From: a virus
DNA length: 64,000 bases
Direction: 5' to 3' (one strand)
Virus record (IMG/VR): IMGVR_UViG_3300027747_004524
Span: 32,001-96,000 of that record
How positions within the stretch are numbered: the stretch's first letter is position 1; the number at the start of each line of letters is the position of its first letter. The notes under the pieces are model-generated. The model was given only the letters and a program-made list of their open reading frames with translations, was not told where the DNA came from and ran no database searches. Positions 9,384 to 18,925 of the stretch are shown here, piece by piece. The position numbers and the translations under genes were made by a program.

Positions 9384-9649
9384 TGAGTTCTAATAAGATT
9401 TTAAGTTTATCAATAGACACTGATTTTCAAGAGAGGGTCAAGAAAGAGGCCAAGAGGAAGGATGTTTCTGTTTCTAAGCTTATTCGTGACATTGTAGAAA
9501 AGAGTCTGCCTCCTGAATCAAACGATGGCACTGTTTACGATACGATAATTCTCAAAGTTCCCAGTGAGGCTAAGGCCGACTCTGAAACCCTGAATAATTG
9601 GCTTAAGCCAAGGGTCGAATTAATCGTAAAGAATTTAACTTCAAAATAG
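9383..9649 (+). CDS. Ribbon-helix-helix (CopG-like) DNA-binding protein
   Basis: ILSLSIDTDFQERVKKEAKRKDVSVSKLIRDIVE. Confidence 0.75.
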   Translation: MSSNKILSLSIDTDFQERVKKEAKRKDVSVSKLIRDIVEKSLPPESNDGTVYDTIILKVPSEAKADSETLNNWLKPRVELIVKNLTSK

Positions 9650-9688
9650 AGCTATTGATTTTTCAAATTTTTTTTGTAAAATGCAAGG

Positions 9689-10162
9689 ATGCAATACAGG
9701 CTAGTTGAACTCAAAGATATACCCCCCTCTACAAAAAATCCTTTGGAGAGCATGGGGCCAATAGAAATTTTTAAAATCTGTAACCAAATGGAAAAGGTCT
9801 GCAGAGACAATAATGGTATAGGTCTATCAGCGGTTCAGGTTGGGCTTCCCTTGGACCTTTTTGTTTTGAATAGAAATGAATCTTACGAGTACTATTTGAA
9901 CTGTAGATACGAACCAGCAGGAGATAAGGTTCATTCTATTGAGGGCTGTCTTTCTTTGCTAGATGAATCTGGTTCCATAAGAAGGTTTGAGGTTCAAAGA
10001 CACTCTAGCGTTATTGTAAAAGGCCAGCGTTTGAATGGAGTTGATGTCGAGGACTTTAATTCAACTGAAGTTGGACTCTATTCTATAGTTTTCCAGCACG
10101 AAATAGACCATTCTTTTGGTATCTTCATCAAGGACATAGGTAAAGAAATTTATCTCTCTTAA
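9689..10162 (+). CDS. def: Peptide deformylase
   Basis: GIGLSAVQVG, EGCLS, QHEIDH motifs. Confidence 0.93.
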   Translation: MQYRLVELKDIPPSTKNPLESMGPIEIFKICNQMEKVCRDNNGIGLSAVQVGLPLDLFVLNRNESYEYYLNCRYEPAGDKVHSIEGCLSLLDESGSIRRFEVQRHSSVIVKGQRLNGVDVEDFNSTEVGLYSIVFQHEIDHSFGIFIKDIGKEIYLS

Positions 10163-10163
10163 T

Positions 10164-10439
10164 ATGCTTAGTAAAAACCATCTCAAAGATGTTTGTTTGG
10201 TAGATAGCAACAACCACAATAAGTGCAGGTACTTAGCAGAAGACGAGAATGAAGCAGGAAAGTACCACTGTTTAAAAAAGTCGTCCAAGGCCAAGGATAT
10301 AGACATTGAGGTTCAAGACTTCTTAGCAGAAATGCAAATGAAAGGAAAAGACCCCAAAAGACAGAATGTTCCAATAGGGAACAATTGTTCTGGGTATGTT
10401 ATTCTTCGCAATAAAGAGCAGGGTTACGATAAAAACTAG
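10164..10439 (+). CDS. Hypothetical Cys-containing protein
   Basis: 91-aa ORF in operon. Confidence 0.65.
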   Translation: MLSKNHLKDVCLVDSNNHNKCRYLAEDENEAGKYHCLKKSSKAKDIDIEVQDFLAEMQMKGKDPKRQNVPIGNNCSGYVILRNKEQGYDKN

Positions 10440-10936
10440 TCAATAACAGCCTGGTTCAAAATTTTGAATACTTGCTTTCCTTGTCCTGCTTTTATAGCAC
10501 TTTTTATTATGTCGTCATTTAATTCTACTAGGTTGTGTTTTGCAACCTCTTTAGCAATTATAGAAAGATTCTTCTCGCTTTTTATTGCTCTTACTCTGTA
10601 CCAAAGCGTTGCACCTACGATAAACATAGAAAATACAAGTATTAGTGATCCATCCCCTTGCAAAATTTGTATACCGCTATTCTCATTTCTAGATAATGTA
10701 CCGTTAATATTAAGCAATCCACTCTGTACTTCTTTTAATTGGCTGTTAATTAAGTCAAAGTCTTGTTTTAGTTTCCCTACTTCTGCCATCAGCCCGTTTT
10801 GGTTTGATTTAATCTCTTCTATTTTACCATTACTATTGTTTATTTTTTGTTGGTTTCTTGGGCTAAAGGGACTTACAGAACACCCAGAAAAAACCATTAT
10901 CGATAAAACCAAGCATAGAGCTTTTATTGCTTTCAT
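10436..10936 (-). CDS. Lipoprotein with coiled coil and C-terminal TM (u-spanin-like topology)
   Basis: GGAGG RBS; lipobox VFSG|C; heptads; TM LILVFSMFIVGATLWY. Confidence 0.7.
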   Translation of the reverse strand: MKAIKALCLVLSIMVFSGCSVSPFSPRNQQKINNSNGKIEEIKSNQNGLMAEVGKLKQDFDLINSQLKEVQSGLLNINGTLSRNENSGIQILQGDGSLILVFSMFIVGATLWYRVRAIKSEKNLSIIAKEVAKHNLVELNDDIIKSAIKAGQGKQVFKILNQAVID

Positions 10937-11002
10937 ATTTCCTCCTTTGTTATCTATTGGATTTTTTGTCAAATCTTTTGCCTCTATTGGAGAAAATAGA
11001 CA

Positions 11003-11443
11003 ATGGCTAGTATAGACTTTTGTGATTGTGGGCTAGAAGAAGACTCCTTAGAAACCGCAGATTATAACCCAGATTTAGAGCGGCAGTTACTGTTATTTGC
11101 CACTAGTTTTGTTGGGGAGTTAAAATATATTGCTAAAAAGTATATGGTTGATTTCTTTGCTCAACAGAGCTTTCACCAAGGTGGAAAGATACCTTATGCA
11201 TTATTAAATGATAACTCTAATCTTTCTATGGTAATAAACTATGATATTATCAGAGGGGTTGATCTTGCCTACCATTCTTTAAAAACGCATGATGTTTCAC
11301 AAGATTACACAGATTCCCAAGAAGACATAAGGCTGGTTGTGGATATATTGAACAAACTTTCGGCAGCAAACATACCACAGCAGTTTGCTGGGGGTATGAT
11401 TATTTTGTATCTTAAGTTTGTTGAGGGGGTTCATATTGGTTAG
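11003..11443 (+). CDS. Hypothetical protein
   Basis: 146-aa ORF with GGAG RBS. Confidence 0.7.
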   Translation: MASIDFCDCGLEEDSLETADYNPDLERQLLLFATSFVGELKYIAKKYMVDFFAQQSFHQGGKIPYALLNDNSNLSMVINYDIIRGVDLAYHSLKTHDVSQDYTDSQEDIRLVVDILNKLSAANIPQQFAGGMIILYLKFVEGVHIG

Positions 11444-11759
11444 CAAAAGAGATCTACTATTCTTAGCAGGTAATTTTGATGAAATTGATCTGCCTAAAGA
11501 AAAAAACTATCTTTTCAAATACTTTAGAAAAGAAATCCAACAGAAATTTATTAGATATTTCTTTGCGTTTAATAGTTTTGACAACTTTGTGGACCATACC
11601 GGCTTTTATTGTCAAACTAGATGGCTTAAAATACTCCACAATAAATTAATCAGCCTAGAGTCATTACATAGGGAAGCGAAATCTAATGTAGACCTAGAAA
11701 CTCTATTGAAGATAGAATCTGGAAAATATAAGATTAGGAGGAACGGTGGAAAACAATAA
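11436..11759 (+). CDS. Hypothetical protein
   Basis: TTG start after GAGGGGG; operon packing. Confidence 0.65.
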   Translation: MVSKRDLLFLAGNFDEIDLPKEKNYLFKYFRKEIQQKFIRYFFAFNSFDNFVDHTGFYCQTRWLKILHNKLISLESLHREAKSNVDLETLLKIESGKYKIRRNGGKQ

Positions 11760-12090
11760 ACCTTGGTTTGAAGGAAAAGCCACGCTGGGCATAAACACAC
11801 AGATAGACAGATGGCTTATCGCTGTAGACAAACTATCTAAGTCTATAGAAGAGCTCAAATCGGCAAAAGAGAAGTTTAAGCAAAAGATTTCCAAGTTAAA
11901 AACCCCCACAGGCAAGAGTAAGATAGATACCAAGGAAAAGCAGACGGAACCTTCAAAAGAATTAGAAAAAACAAAGTCCTCTCGAACAGACAAGAAAAAG
12001 CAAGACGTAAAAAAGAAAGACGAAAAGAAGCTTGAGAAACCTTCCGTAAAAGGTAAAAAGCAAAAAGAAGCCAAAGAAGATACTAAGTAA
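11746..12090 (+). CDS. Lysine-rich basic protein
   Basis: AGGAGG RBS, GTG start; K/E-rich. Confidence 0.7.
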   Translation: MENNKPWFEGKATLGINTQIDRWLIAVDKLSKSIEELKSAKEKFKQKISKLKTPTGKSKIDTKEKQTEPSKELEKTKSSRTDKKKQDVKKKDEKKLEKPSVKGKKQKEAKEDTK

Positions 12091-12506
12091 TGAATGCTGC
12101 CGACAATAAGATTGTTAGTCCAATAAAAAACGATCTGGTTTTTTCTGTCCTAGATAGTTGTGGGACACGTATATTTCTCGCTGCTTATAGTGAAGTTAAA
12201 GAGTTAAATGAAACTAGGTTCTTAAGTTGTAAAAATCTTTTGCCCCTTAGTAACTTGGTTTATGATTCTAAGTCTGATAATTATGTTGTTAGCTGTATTG
12301 GTTGTCTAGAAGTTGCAACCATACCAATAAGCATCATTGCCACAATGAAAAACTGTCCCGGTTGGAGTGTTAAGATTCCTTTGCCTGAGAAAATAATTAA
12401 AAGACATTTAAGCTTAAAACATAAGAGGGAAATAAAAAGCTTCCTCTCTAAATTTGATGTAAAAGTCTCTTCTTTTTACATTCAAATGTTGGACCCTAAT
12501 GTATGA
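12090..12506 (+). CDS. Hypothetical protein
   Basis: TAATG coupling. Confidence 0.7.
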   Translation: MNAADNKIVSPIKNDLVFSVLDSCGTRIFLAAYSEVKELNETRFLSCKNLLPLSNLVYDSKSDNYVVSCIGCLEVATIPISIIATMKNCPGWSVKIPLPEKIIKRHLSLKHKREIKSFLSKFDVKVSSFYIQMLDPNV

Positions 12507-12916
12507 ATCTGAATGAACCCGATTTCTTCTTAGGCCTTTGCTTTCTTTTTTCTTCTCTCTCAAAAGATAAAAGACCGCAAGCTTGCTTGGTTGTCAAAAA
12601 GAAGAGAATCATATCCTCAGGATTCAGCAGCGTAGATCTCTTGGGTCCGTTAGAAGGCAGTGCAGAATTTCTTGCTACGTGCAGTATTAGCGACTCACTT
12701 TCCAACTACGAGATTTATTTAGACCACACACCTTCAGTTGTAGTCCTTAATCATCTATCTCATTTTCTGCCTCGAAGAATTGTTTACTTTGAAACAAACC
12801 CTCTTTGTACCGAAGAGGCAAGCTTTACAAAATTTGAGTTCATAAGATTTCAAGGCAACATAAATTGGATTAGAGACAAGGTGGCTTTGATGAAGAGTTT
12901 TGATATTTTTAACTAA
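12503..12916 (+). CDS. dCMP-deaminase-fold protein lacking zinc ligands
   Basis: ACLVVKKKRIISSGF, GSAE, IYLDHTPSVVV, RRIVY align to the deaminase pattern without H or CxxC. Confidence 0.6.
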   Translation: MNLNEPDFFLGLCFLFSSLSKDKRPQACLVVKKKRIISSGFSSVDLLGPLEGSAEFLATCSISDSLSNYEIYLDHTPSVVVLNHLSHFLPRRIVYFETNPLCTEEASFTKFEFIRFQGNINWIRDKVALMKSFDIFN

Positions 12917-12920
12917 TGCA

Positions 12921-12926
12921 TAAATA
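12921..12926 (+). promoter_or_regulatory. T4-like late promoter core
   Basis: (CA)TAAATA just before ATG 12931. Confidence 0.6.
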
Positions 12927-12930
12927 CATT

Positions 12931-13608
12931 ATGAGCTGTTCAAACAACAACAATAGTGCCTGTTCTGACCAATGTGGCTGTCCTTCCGGGATTTGCCCAG
13001 ACTTCTTAATCAGAAGATATGACACCAAACCCGACTACAGGGTTCTTATGGAGGACTGCAATGGGCCTATGGACCTTACGGACTTAATTTTAGAGTCTAC
13101 CATGTGGGCAAAGTCCAAACTGAAAACGAACATAACAAGCACAGATACTGCCCTCTCTTTAGCCGACAACATAGGATTTAACCAAATAATAGTTGGCGAC
13201 ATGCTAATAATAGAAAGAACAAGAGGCTCAGAAAAAGTTCTCGTTACTTCCTTTGACGAGAACAATAAATTAGTTTATGTTGATAGGGGGCAAGACGGCA
13301 CCACAGCACAGGATTGGAGCAGAGGAAATCCAATTAAAATTGTTAAGTTTATGAATAGACCTTCAAAGGTAGAAATGGTTTACGAAGACATTTTAGAAAT
13401 AGATGGAACAACAACACAGAATGTTCTACAGGAAAGTTATTTTATTCATGAGTGGTCGCTCCCTGAGACAGACGCTCCTGGCTGCTATTACCTTGAGTTT
13501 AAACTCATGACACAGGTTTCTGCTCCTGATCAGTGGATCAGGCGTTTTCCTGCTGACAAAGAAGGCTTCTTGATCAAGATAACGGATACTTTTACCAGCG
13601 AGTCTTGA
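12931..13608 (+). CDS. Putative virion protein, BppU-like Ig domain with insertion
   Basis: FLIRRYDTKP..DLT and W..ETDAPGCYYLEFKL pattern; late promoter. Confidence 0.6.
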   Translation: MSCSNNNNSACSDQCGCPSGICPDFLIRRYDTKPDYRVLMEDCNGPMDLTDLILESTMWAKSKLKTNITSTDTALSLADNIGFNQIIVGDMLIIERTRGSEKVLVTSFDENNKLVYVDRGQDGTTAQDWSRGNPIKIVKFMNRPSKVEMVYEDILEIDGTTTQNVLQESYFIHEWSLPETDAPGCYYLEFKLMTQVSAPDQWIRRFPADKEGFLIKITDTFTSES

Positions 13609-13610
13609 AT

Positions 13611-15158
13611 ATGCCATTGGTATCTGAATTTTTATGCGAAAGATTGGGAAACGCAGGCGTTAAGCACATTTTTGGTGTACAAGGCCCTTACATAAACAAT
13701 TTTTTAGATGTAATCTCTCAAAGTGACAGAATCAAGTTCATCAGTAACACTGATGAAAGCCACGCGGGCTTTGCGGCTAACGCGTACGCTAGATTTAATG
13801 GAATAGGCTGCGTTTGTGCTACTTACAACGTTGGTGCGTTAAAGCTGTGCAATTCGGTTGCCGGTGCTTACGCCGAAAGGTCGCCTGTTGTTATCATAGG
13901 CGGTTCCCCAGGTATGAAGGACAGGAATAAAGACTTTCTATCTAATCATTTGGTTGAAAGCTTTAGTTCTCAAAAAGAGATGTTCGACCACATTACCGCA
14001 CATAGTGTCGTTTTAGATAATGCAACAACAGCTGGCTGGAAGATTGATAACGCTCTCAATATTTTAAAAGAAACAAAGCAACCTGTTTATATCGAAATTC
14101 CAAGGGATGTTGCTTCACAACCTATAAAGTATGACGTTTATACGCAAGGCACCCCTAATAACGATAAAAGCGATGGAGCCAGTTTAAAAGAAGCTATAGA
14201 AGATGTCTCTAGCTACCTAAAATCTTCTAAAAATCCCGTTATAATTATGGGAGTTCAAATCACAAGGTTTAATCTTGAGGACTCTTTAATCAAGTTTGCA
14301 GAGAAGCATAATATCCCTATAGTTACAACCTTTTTGAGTAAGTCTTCTATTTGTGAAACCCATCCATTATTTTCTGGTGTTTATTTTGGCGAACAAACCC
14401 GTAATTTAGAGGTTAAGAATCGCGTAGAGTCATCAGACTGCTTGCTGATATTTGGAGAAATGCTAACTGATACTGGCTTTGGGTTTGTTACGCCCAAGTT
14501 TGACAACAGCAATACTATTTTTTGCTCTATAGAAAACTTAAGAGTTAAAAACCACATTTATTGTGGAATTAGGTTCATTGACTTTTGCAAAGACTTTTTT
14601 AGAATTGATTTAGGAAAAAAAGAATTTGTTTCTTCGACTAAGAGCAATAGAACAAAGTTTGTTCCCATAGAAGGACAAGGGATAAGTTTAAAAAGATTTT
14701 TTGAAAAATTGAATAGTATATTAGACGAAAACTTTGTTGTGTTAGCTGATATCGGTGAGTACATGCTTGATGCCGCTGAGCTTGTTGTGCCACATCATCG
14801 TTTTATAAGCTCTGCCTTTTACTGCAGCACTGGCTTGGCTTTGCCCGGTGCAATGAGCGTCCAACTGCTTAATGCGGGCATTCGTCCCTTAGTGGTTGTT
14901 AGCGAAGACTCTTTTCAAACTTCTTCTATGGAAATTAGCACCCTTGTACAAAATAATTTAAATCCAATAATTTTGGTTATCAATCAGAAAAAAAATTCAA
15001 TTAAAAGTTGGAATTACGAAAAAATATGTGATACAATTGGAGGAGTTGGTTATCTCGTAAACGATGAGACAGAGCTTGATAATGCAATTAACGCCTGTCT
15101 TAAGAAAAAGTCCTTATCCGTTATCAATGTTGTTCTCGATGTTTCATCTCAAGTCTGA
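13611..15158 (+). CDS. TPP-dependent 2-oxoacid decarboxylase (PDC/IPDC family), degenerate cofactor motif
   Basis: GVKHIFGV.G, ESHAGFAANAYAR, AGAYAERSPV; GDG replaced by SED. Confidence 0.85.
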   Translation: MPLVSEFLCERLGNAGVKHIFGVQGPYINNFLDVISQSDRIKFISNTDESHAGFAANAYARFNGIGCVCATYNVGALKLCNSVAGAYAERSPVVIIGGSPGMKDRNKDFLSNHLVESFSSQKEMFDHITAHSVVLDNATTAGWKIDNALNILKETKQPVYIEIPRDVASQPIKYDVYTQGTPNNDKSDGASLKEAIEDVSSYLKSSKNPVIIMGVQITRFNLEDSLIKFAEKHNIPIVTTFLSKSSICETHPLFSGVYFGEQTRNLEVKNRVESSDCLLIFGEMLTDTGFGFVTPKFDNSNTIFCSIENLRVKNHIYCGIRFIDFCKDFFRIDLGKKEFVSSTKSNRTKFVPIEGQGISLKRFFEKLNSILDENFVVLADIGEYMLDAAELVVPHHRFISSAFYCSTGLALPGAMSVQLLNAGIRPLVVVSEDSFQTSSMEISTLVQNNLNPIILVINQKKNSIKSWNYEKICDTIGGVGYLVNDETELDNAINACLKKKSLSVINVVLDVSSQV

Positions 15159-15172
15159 GGTATTTATTAAAA

Positions 15173-15709
15173 ATGTCTTTTGAAGAAGACCTTCCTGTCA
15201 ACAGACAGATAAGAAGTCGCCAGGTTCGTGTAATTTTAGAAGATAGGCAGCTAGGCGTTTTTCCTTTTGAAAAAGCCTTAAAGATGGCGCAGGACGCCAA
15301 TCTAGACTTGGTAGAAGTTTCTCCTCCTATCAATGGCACCTCAGTCTGTAGAATAACAGATTATGGCAAGTTTAGGTACGAGAAACAATTAAAAAAGAAA
15401 GAGCAGTTGAAAAAACAACGAACCTCTCAGGTGAATCTTAAGGAACTTAGACTTAGACCTGTTATAGGAAAGCATGATATGGAAGTCAAAATATCACAGG
15501 CAAGGAAGTTTTTAGAGGACAACTCTAAAGTACAGTTCAATATTGTTTTCAAGGGACAACGTGAGATGTCTCACAAAGAACAGGGTTTTTCTGTTATTAA
15601 ACAAATTATAGAGAGCCTATCAGATGCTGGTTTGGTCGAAAGAAATCCTAGGCTTGATGGAAACTGTATAACTTGTGTTATTTCTCCTAAAGTTCAGATT
15701 AAGAAATGA
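15173..15709 (+). CDS. infC: Translation initiation factor IF-3
   Basis: VNRQIRSRQVRV, LDLVEVSP, CRITDYGKFRYE, KELRLRP. Confidence 0.93.
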   Translation: MSFEEDLPVNRQIRSRQVRVILEDRQLGVFPFEKALKMAQDANLDLVEVSPPINGTSVCRITDYGKFRYEKQLKKKEQLKKQRTSQVNLKELRLRPVIGKHDMEVKISQARKFLEDNSKVQFNIVFKGQREMSHKEQGFSVIKQIIESLSDAGLVERNPRLDGNCITCVISPKVQIKK

Positions 15710-16668
15710 GCCAAGCTACTGCGTACAAACTTCTTAGAGAGATATCAGAGTCTGACGAAGACCTTGTCTATCGTATTATGGGCGATTTCGGTCTTGGTCT
15801 TAAAAGATTCGTTGGTGCTGCCGACTTAACCCATCCTGAACTCAATGCTCTTTTCGAAGAGTTTTATACTGAGGACGGTCTTTTCCTAGATAGATGTTTT
15901 GAATTCGTTAAAACAATTAAGTACGCTAATCAAAATGGCTTCTCTAGTTCAGCCGGAGTTTTTGAAGAAAAACTAAATTCTTTCTTTAGGGGAAAGTTAC
16001 TCAACAAGATGTCAAACATCAGGTTGCTGAAAAGTTCCTCTCAAAGGCGAGAAATGAGGTCTCTTAAAAAATATAAGGCGATAAACCTAGACTACCTTTT
16101 TTCTTCTGAGTTTTGGCACGATTATCCTGAGTGTTTCGACTATTATGAAAGAAATAGCTTACTATATGAACAGAAGGTGTCTGATCTTCTTAGCAAAAAA
16201 GATACATATCTTTCTTTAGGCTTTTATTCTTTAGCAGAAGAAGCTGATAAAGACATAAATGAAATAAAGAGATCCGCTGAGTCTCATTATGGTTTTCATC
16301 AAATTAAGTCCACAACAGCTTCTGTCATTCTAGCACGAATGCTTGGCTTTTATTTTGATAAACACGGGATCTTTGTAGAAGGCAAGCTAAAATATTGTCC
16401 TTTTATATGTCCTGTAGAAGATATATTGTATGATGTTCCTCCTGTTATAAAAGATAAAATTGCTTGTTTAGAAGGCTTACCAGAAGCTGATGGCAAACCA
16501 ATCTTTGACGTATTTGCACTTATAGTTCCCACATGTTGTGGTGCCGTTAAGATTCCTGATAAAGATCAAAAAGAAGCTTTAAGGTTTTTTGTAAAAAATA
16601 AGGTCTTTAAGTCTGTACTTGTTGGGGAAAAAAGTAACAAATTATATTTTATAGACCTTGTTTCCTGA
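15706..16668 (+). CDS. Hypothetical protein
   Basis: 320-aa ORF, ATGA overlap. Confidence 0.75.
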   Translation: MSQATAYKLLREISESDEDLVYRIMGDFGLGLKRFVGAADLTHPELNALFEEFYTEDGLFLDRCFEFVKTIKYANQNGFSSSAGVFEEKLNSFFRGKLLNKMSNIRLLKSSSQRREMRSLKKYKAINLDYLFSSEFWHDYPECFDYYERNSLLYEQKVSDLLSKKDTYLSLGFYSLAEEADKDINEIKRSAESHYGFHQIKSTTASVILARMLGFYFDKHGIFVEGKLKYCPFICPVEDILYDVPPVIKDKIACLEGLPEADGKPIFDVFALIVPTCCGAVKIPDKDQKEALRFFVKNKVFKSVLVGEKSNKLYFIDLVS

Positions 16669-16701
16669 TTTATATTTTGTAGAATATTGTTGAGGTGAAT
16701 T

Positions 16702-18180
16702 ATGTTAAGAAATGGTTTTAATTACATTAACGGAAAGTTCTGTGAGCAGAGGAATGACTTTCCTAGCTTGAACCCCTCGGACGAATCAGCAATAGGATAT
16801 TTTCCGCAGTCCACTGTGGATGAGGTCAGTACAACAATACAGGTTGCTAAAACCGCATTCTCAAGCTGGAAAGAAATCTCAAGGTTAAAACGTGCTGAGT
16901 ACTTTTGGAACTTATGTAATATTCTTGAGAAAAGAATTGATTATGTATCAAAAGCGATATCGCTAGAAACTGGTAAGACGCTCAACGAGAGCAAAGCAGA
17001 AGCAATAGAAGCTTTGCATATGGCTCAATACTGTTTTGGAAAAGCAAGAATTAGCAACGGCGAGATAGTTCCATCAGAGATAGCAGAAAGAGATTGCAAT
17101 GTTATAAGGAAGCCTAAGGGGGTTGTGGCTATAATTGCCCCATGGAACTTCCCTTTTGCAATTGGTGGATTTTGGTGTGCCGGTCCTTCTCTGCTTGAGG
17201 GCAATACCGTTGTTTTTAAGCCTAGTGAGCTTACTCCTTTGGTCGGCCAAATAACCGCTGAACTTTTTCATGAAGCTGGTTTTCCCGCCGGGGTTTTTAA
17301 CCTTGTTCATGGCGACGGATCGGTTGGTGAGTCGATAGTTAAAAATGATCTTGTTGATCACATTTGCTTCACAGGAAGTGCTGAGGTAGGAAGACTTATA
17401 AGAATAGCCTGTGCAGAAAGTTGGCATAAGACTTGTAGTTGTGAAATGGGCAGCAAGTCTGCCGTTATGGTTTTTGATGACGCTGATTTAGATTTGGCAA
17501 TTCCTGCTTGTGTAAACAGTGCTTTTAAGCTTAGTGGACAACGTTGTGTTTCTTCGGGTCGTCTTCTTATACAAAGAAGCATACTTGAAGAGTTTAAGCA
17601 GAAATTTGTTGCTGAAGTCTCTAGGTGTCATGTTGGAGATCCCTTTGCTAGTGTCCCGGGCGTTTGTTCTGTCGCTTTTGGGCCTTTAATTAGCAATGAG
17701 CAAAAACTTCGTGTTGAAAGCTTCAACAAAATGGTTTTGGAAGATAAAGACTGCACCGTGCTTTATCACAATTCGACACCCGTAGACAAAGGGTACTTTC
17801 TCTCTCCTTTTGTTTACCAGTGTGAGTGGTCAGATAAGGCCTTTTTGAAGCAGGAGGTCTTTGGTCCTCATGTCGCCATAATACCTTTTGATACTATTGA
17901 GGATGCTATAAAAATATATAACGACACTGAGTATGGCCTTTCCTTGGGCGTGGTGACCAATGACTTTAAGAAAGCCAAGAGAGTCAGGGACAATTGTGAT
18001 TTTGGTTTGGGCTACTGGAATGGTGGAAGCATAGCAGCAGAGTCTCACCTTCCTTTTGGTGGAGTTAAAAAGTCTGGGAACGGTCAACCGTCTGCTGCTG
18101 GACTGTTCGACAGCATTGTCCATAAGGTTTCTTGGACCGTTAATTATGGTGAACTTTCTTTCCCACAAGGATTAAAATAA
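16702..18180 (+). CDS. Aldehyde dehydrogenase
   Basis: IAPWNFP, FKPSE, FTGS, EMGSK, GQRC, EVFGP, PFGGVKKSG all intact. Confidence 0.95.
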   Translation: MLRNGFNYINGKFCEQRNDFPSLNPSDESAIGYFPQSTVDEVSTTIQVAKTAFSSWKEISRLKRAEYFWNLCNILEKRIDYVSKAISLETGKTLNESKAEAIEALHMAQYCFGKARISNGEIVPSEIAERDCNVIRKPKGVVAIIAPWNFPFAIGGFWCAGPSLLEGNTVVFKPSELTPLVGQITAELFHEAGFPAGVFNLVHGDGSVGESIVKNDLVDHICFTGSAEVGRLIRIACAESWHKTCSCEMGSKSAVMVFDDADLDLAIPACVNSAFKLSGQRCVSSGRLLIQRSILEEFKQKFVAEVSRCHVGDPFASVPGVCSVAFGPLISNEQKLRVESFNKMVLEDKDCTVLYHNSTPVDKGYFLSPFVYQCEWSDKAFLKQEVFGPHVAIIPFDTIEDAIKIYNDTEYGLSLGVVTNDFKKAKRVRDNCDFGLGYWNGGSIAAESHLPFGGVKKSGNGQPSAAGLFDSIVHKVSWTVNYGELSFPQGLK

Positions 18181-18596
18181 TGTCAAATTTTGCAAAAGTA
18201 TCTAAAAGTGGCCTTATTGATTTTGCTAGGTTGATATACAAACAGGCTTTAAATGGCTATTGCGACTTAGAGGACTCTGTTTGTATAGGAGAAACTAATA
18301 GTTTTTTTAATTCGCTTGAAAAAGACTTTTCTATTTCTGTTGCCTCTTCAACTTCTAATATGACATTTATTTCATCTAATCCACAAAATTCGCAATACTT
18401 TGTCGGGTTTGACCCTTCATTTAGCTGCACAGTTGGACAAACCAACTATGTAATTGGGGAAGCAAACCCCACTGAACAACAATTGTTGCTTTTTAACGAA
18501 GCAGATTCTTCTGGGAATACTATTAATGAAGTTATAGGAAACGATGAAGAAATCCTCGTTGATAGCAATGAAGTTCATGTTTTTCACAATTTTTAA
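18180..18596 (+). CDS. Hypothetical protein
   Basis: TAATG coupling. Confidence 0.7.
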   Translation: MSNFAKVSKSGLIDFARLIYKQALNGYCDLEDSVCIGETNSFFNSLEKDFSISVASSTSNMTFISSNPQNSQYFVGFDPSFSCTVGQTNYVIGEANPTEQQLLLFNEADSSGNTINEVIGNDEEILVDSNEVHVFHNF

Positions 18597-18607
18597 GAAA
18601 GGTTTAT

Positions 18608-18925
18608 ATGAGCGTTCCAAAGGTTGCGGGTGTTAAGCCAACAGGCTCCCAGGTTCTAGTAGAGATATTGACTCCCAACGAGTTGATGGGAACAAGTTTG
18701 GCAATTACAGACAAGGTAGATCTCAAGGTCCCACTCCAAGGTTATGTAAAAGCAGTAGGTCCTTCTTTCAAGGCAGAGTCTTGGGGCTATGACGTTGGAG
18801 ATAGGGTTCTTATCTCTGGGACTGGTGTAATGGCACCTAATTACGACAGTTCACACAGAGATAGATTTTTTATGGAGCCAACTTCTATAAAGAGCGTTCT
18901 ACTTGAACAAAATGAATCCGTATGA
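18608..18925 (+). CDS. groES: Co-chaperonin GroES/Cpn10-like
   Basis: VKPTGSQVLVE, GYVKAVGP, VGDRVL. Confidence 0.8.
   Translation: MSVPKVAGVKPTGSQVLVEILTPNELMGTSLAITDKVDLKVPLQGYVKAVGPSFKAESWGYDVGDRVLISGTGVMAPNYDSSHRDRFFMEPTSIKSVLLEQNESV

Noticed and set aside
10464-11015. 183-aa plus-strand ORF
   Set aside because: Antisense to the lipoprotein gene, which has a GGAGG RBS and lipobox.
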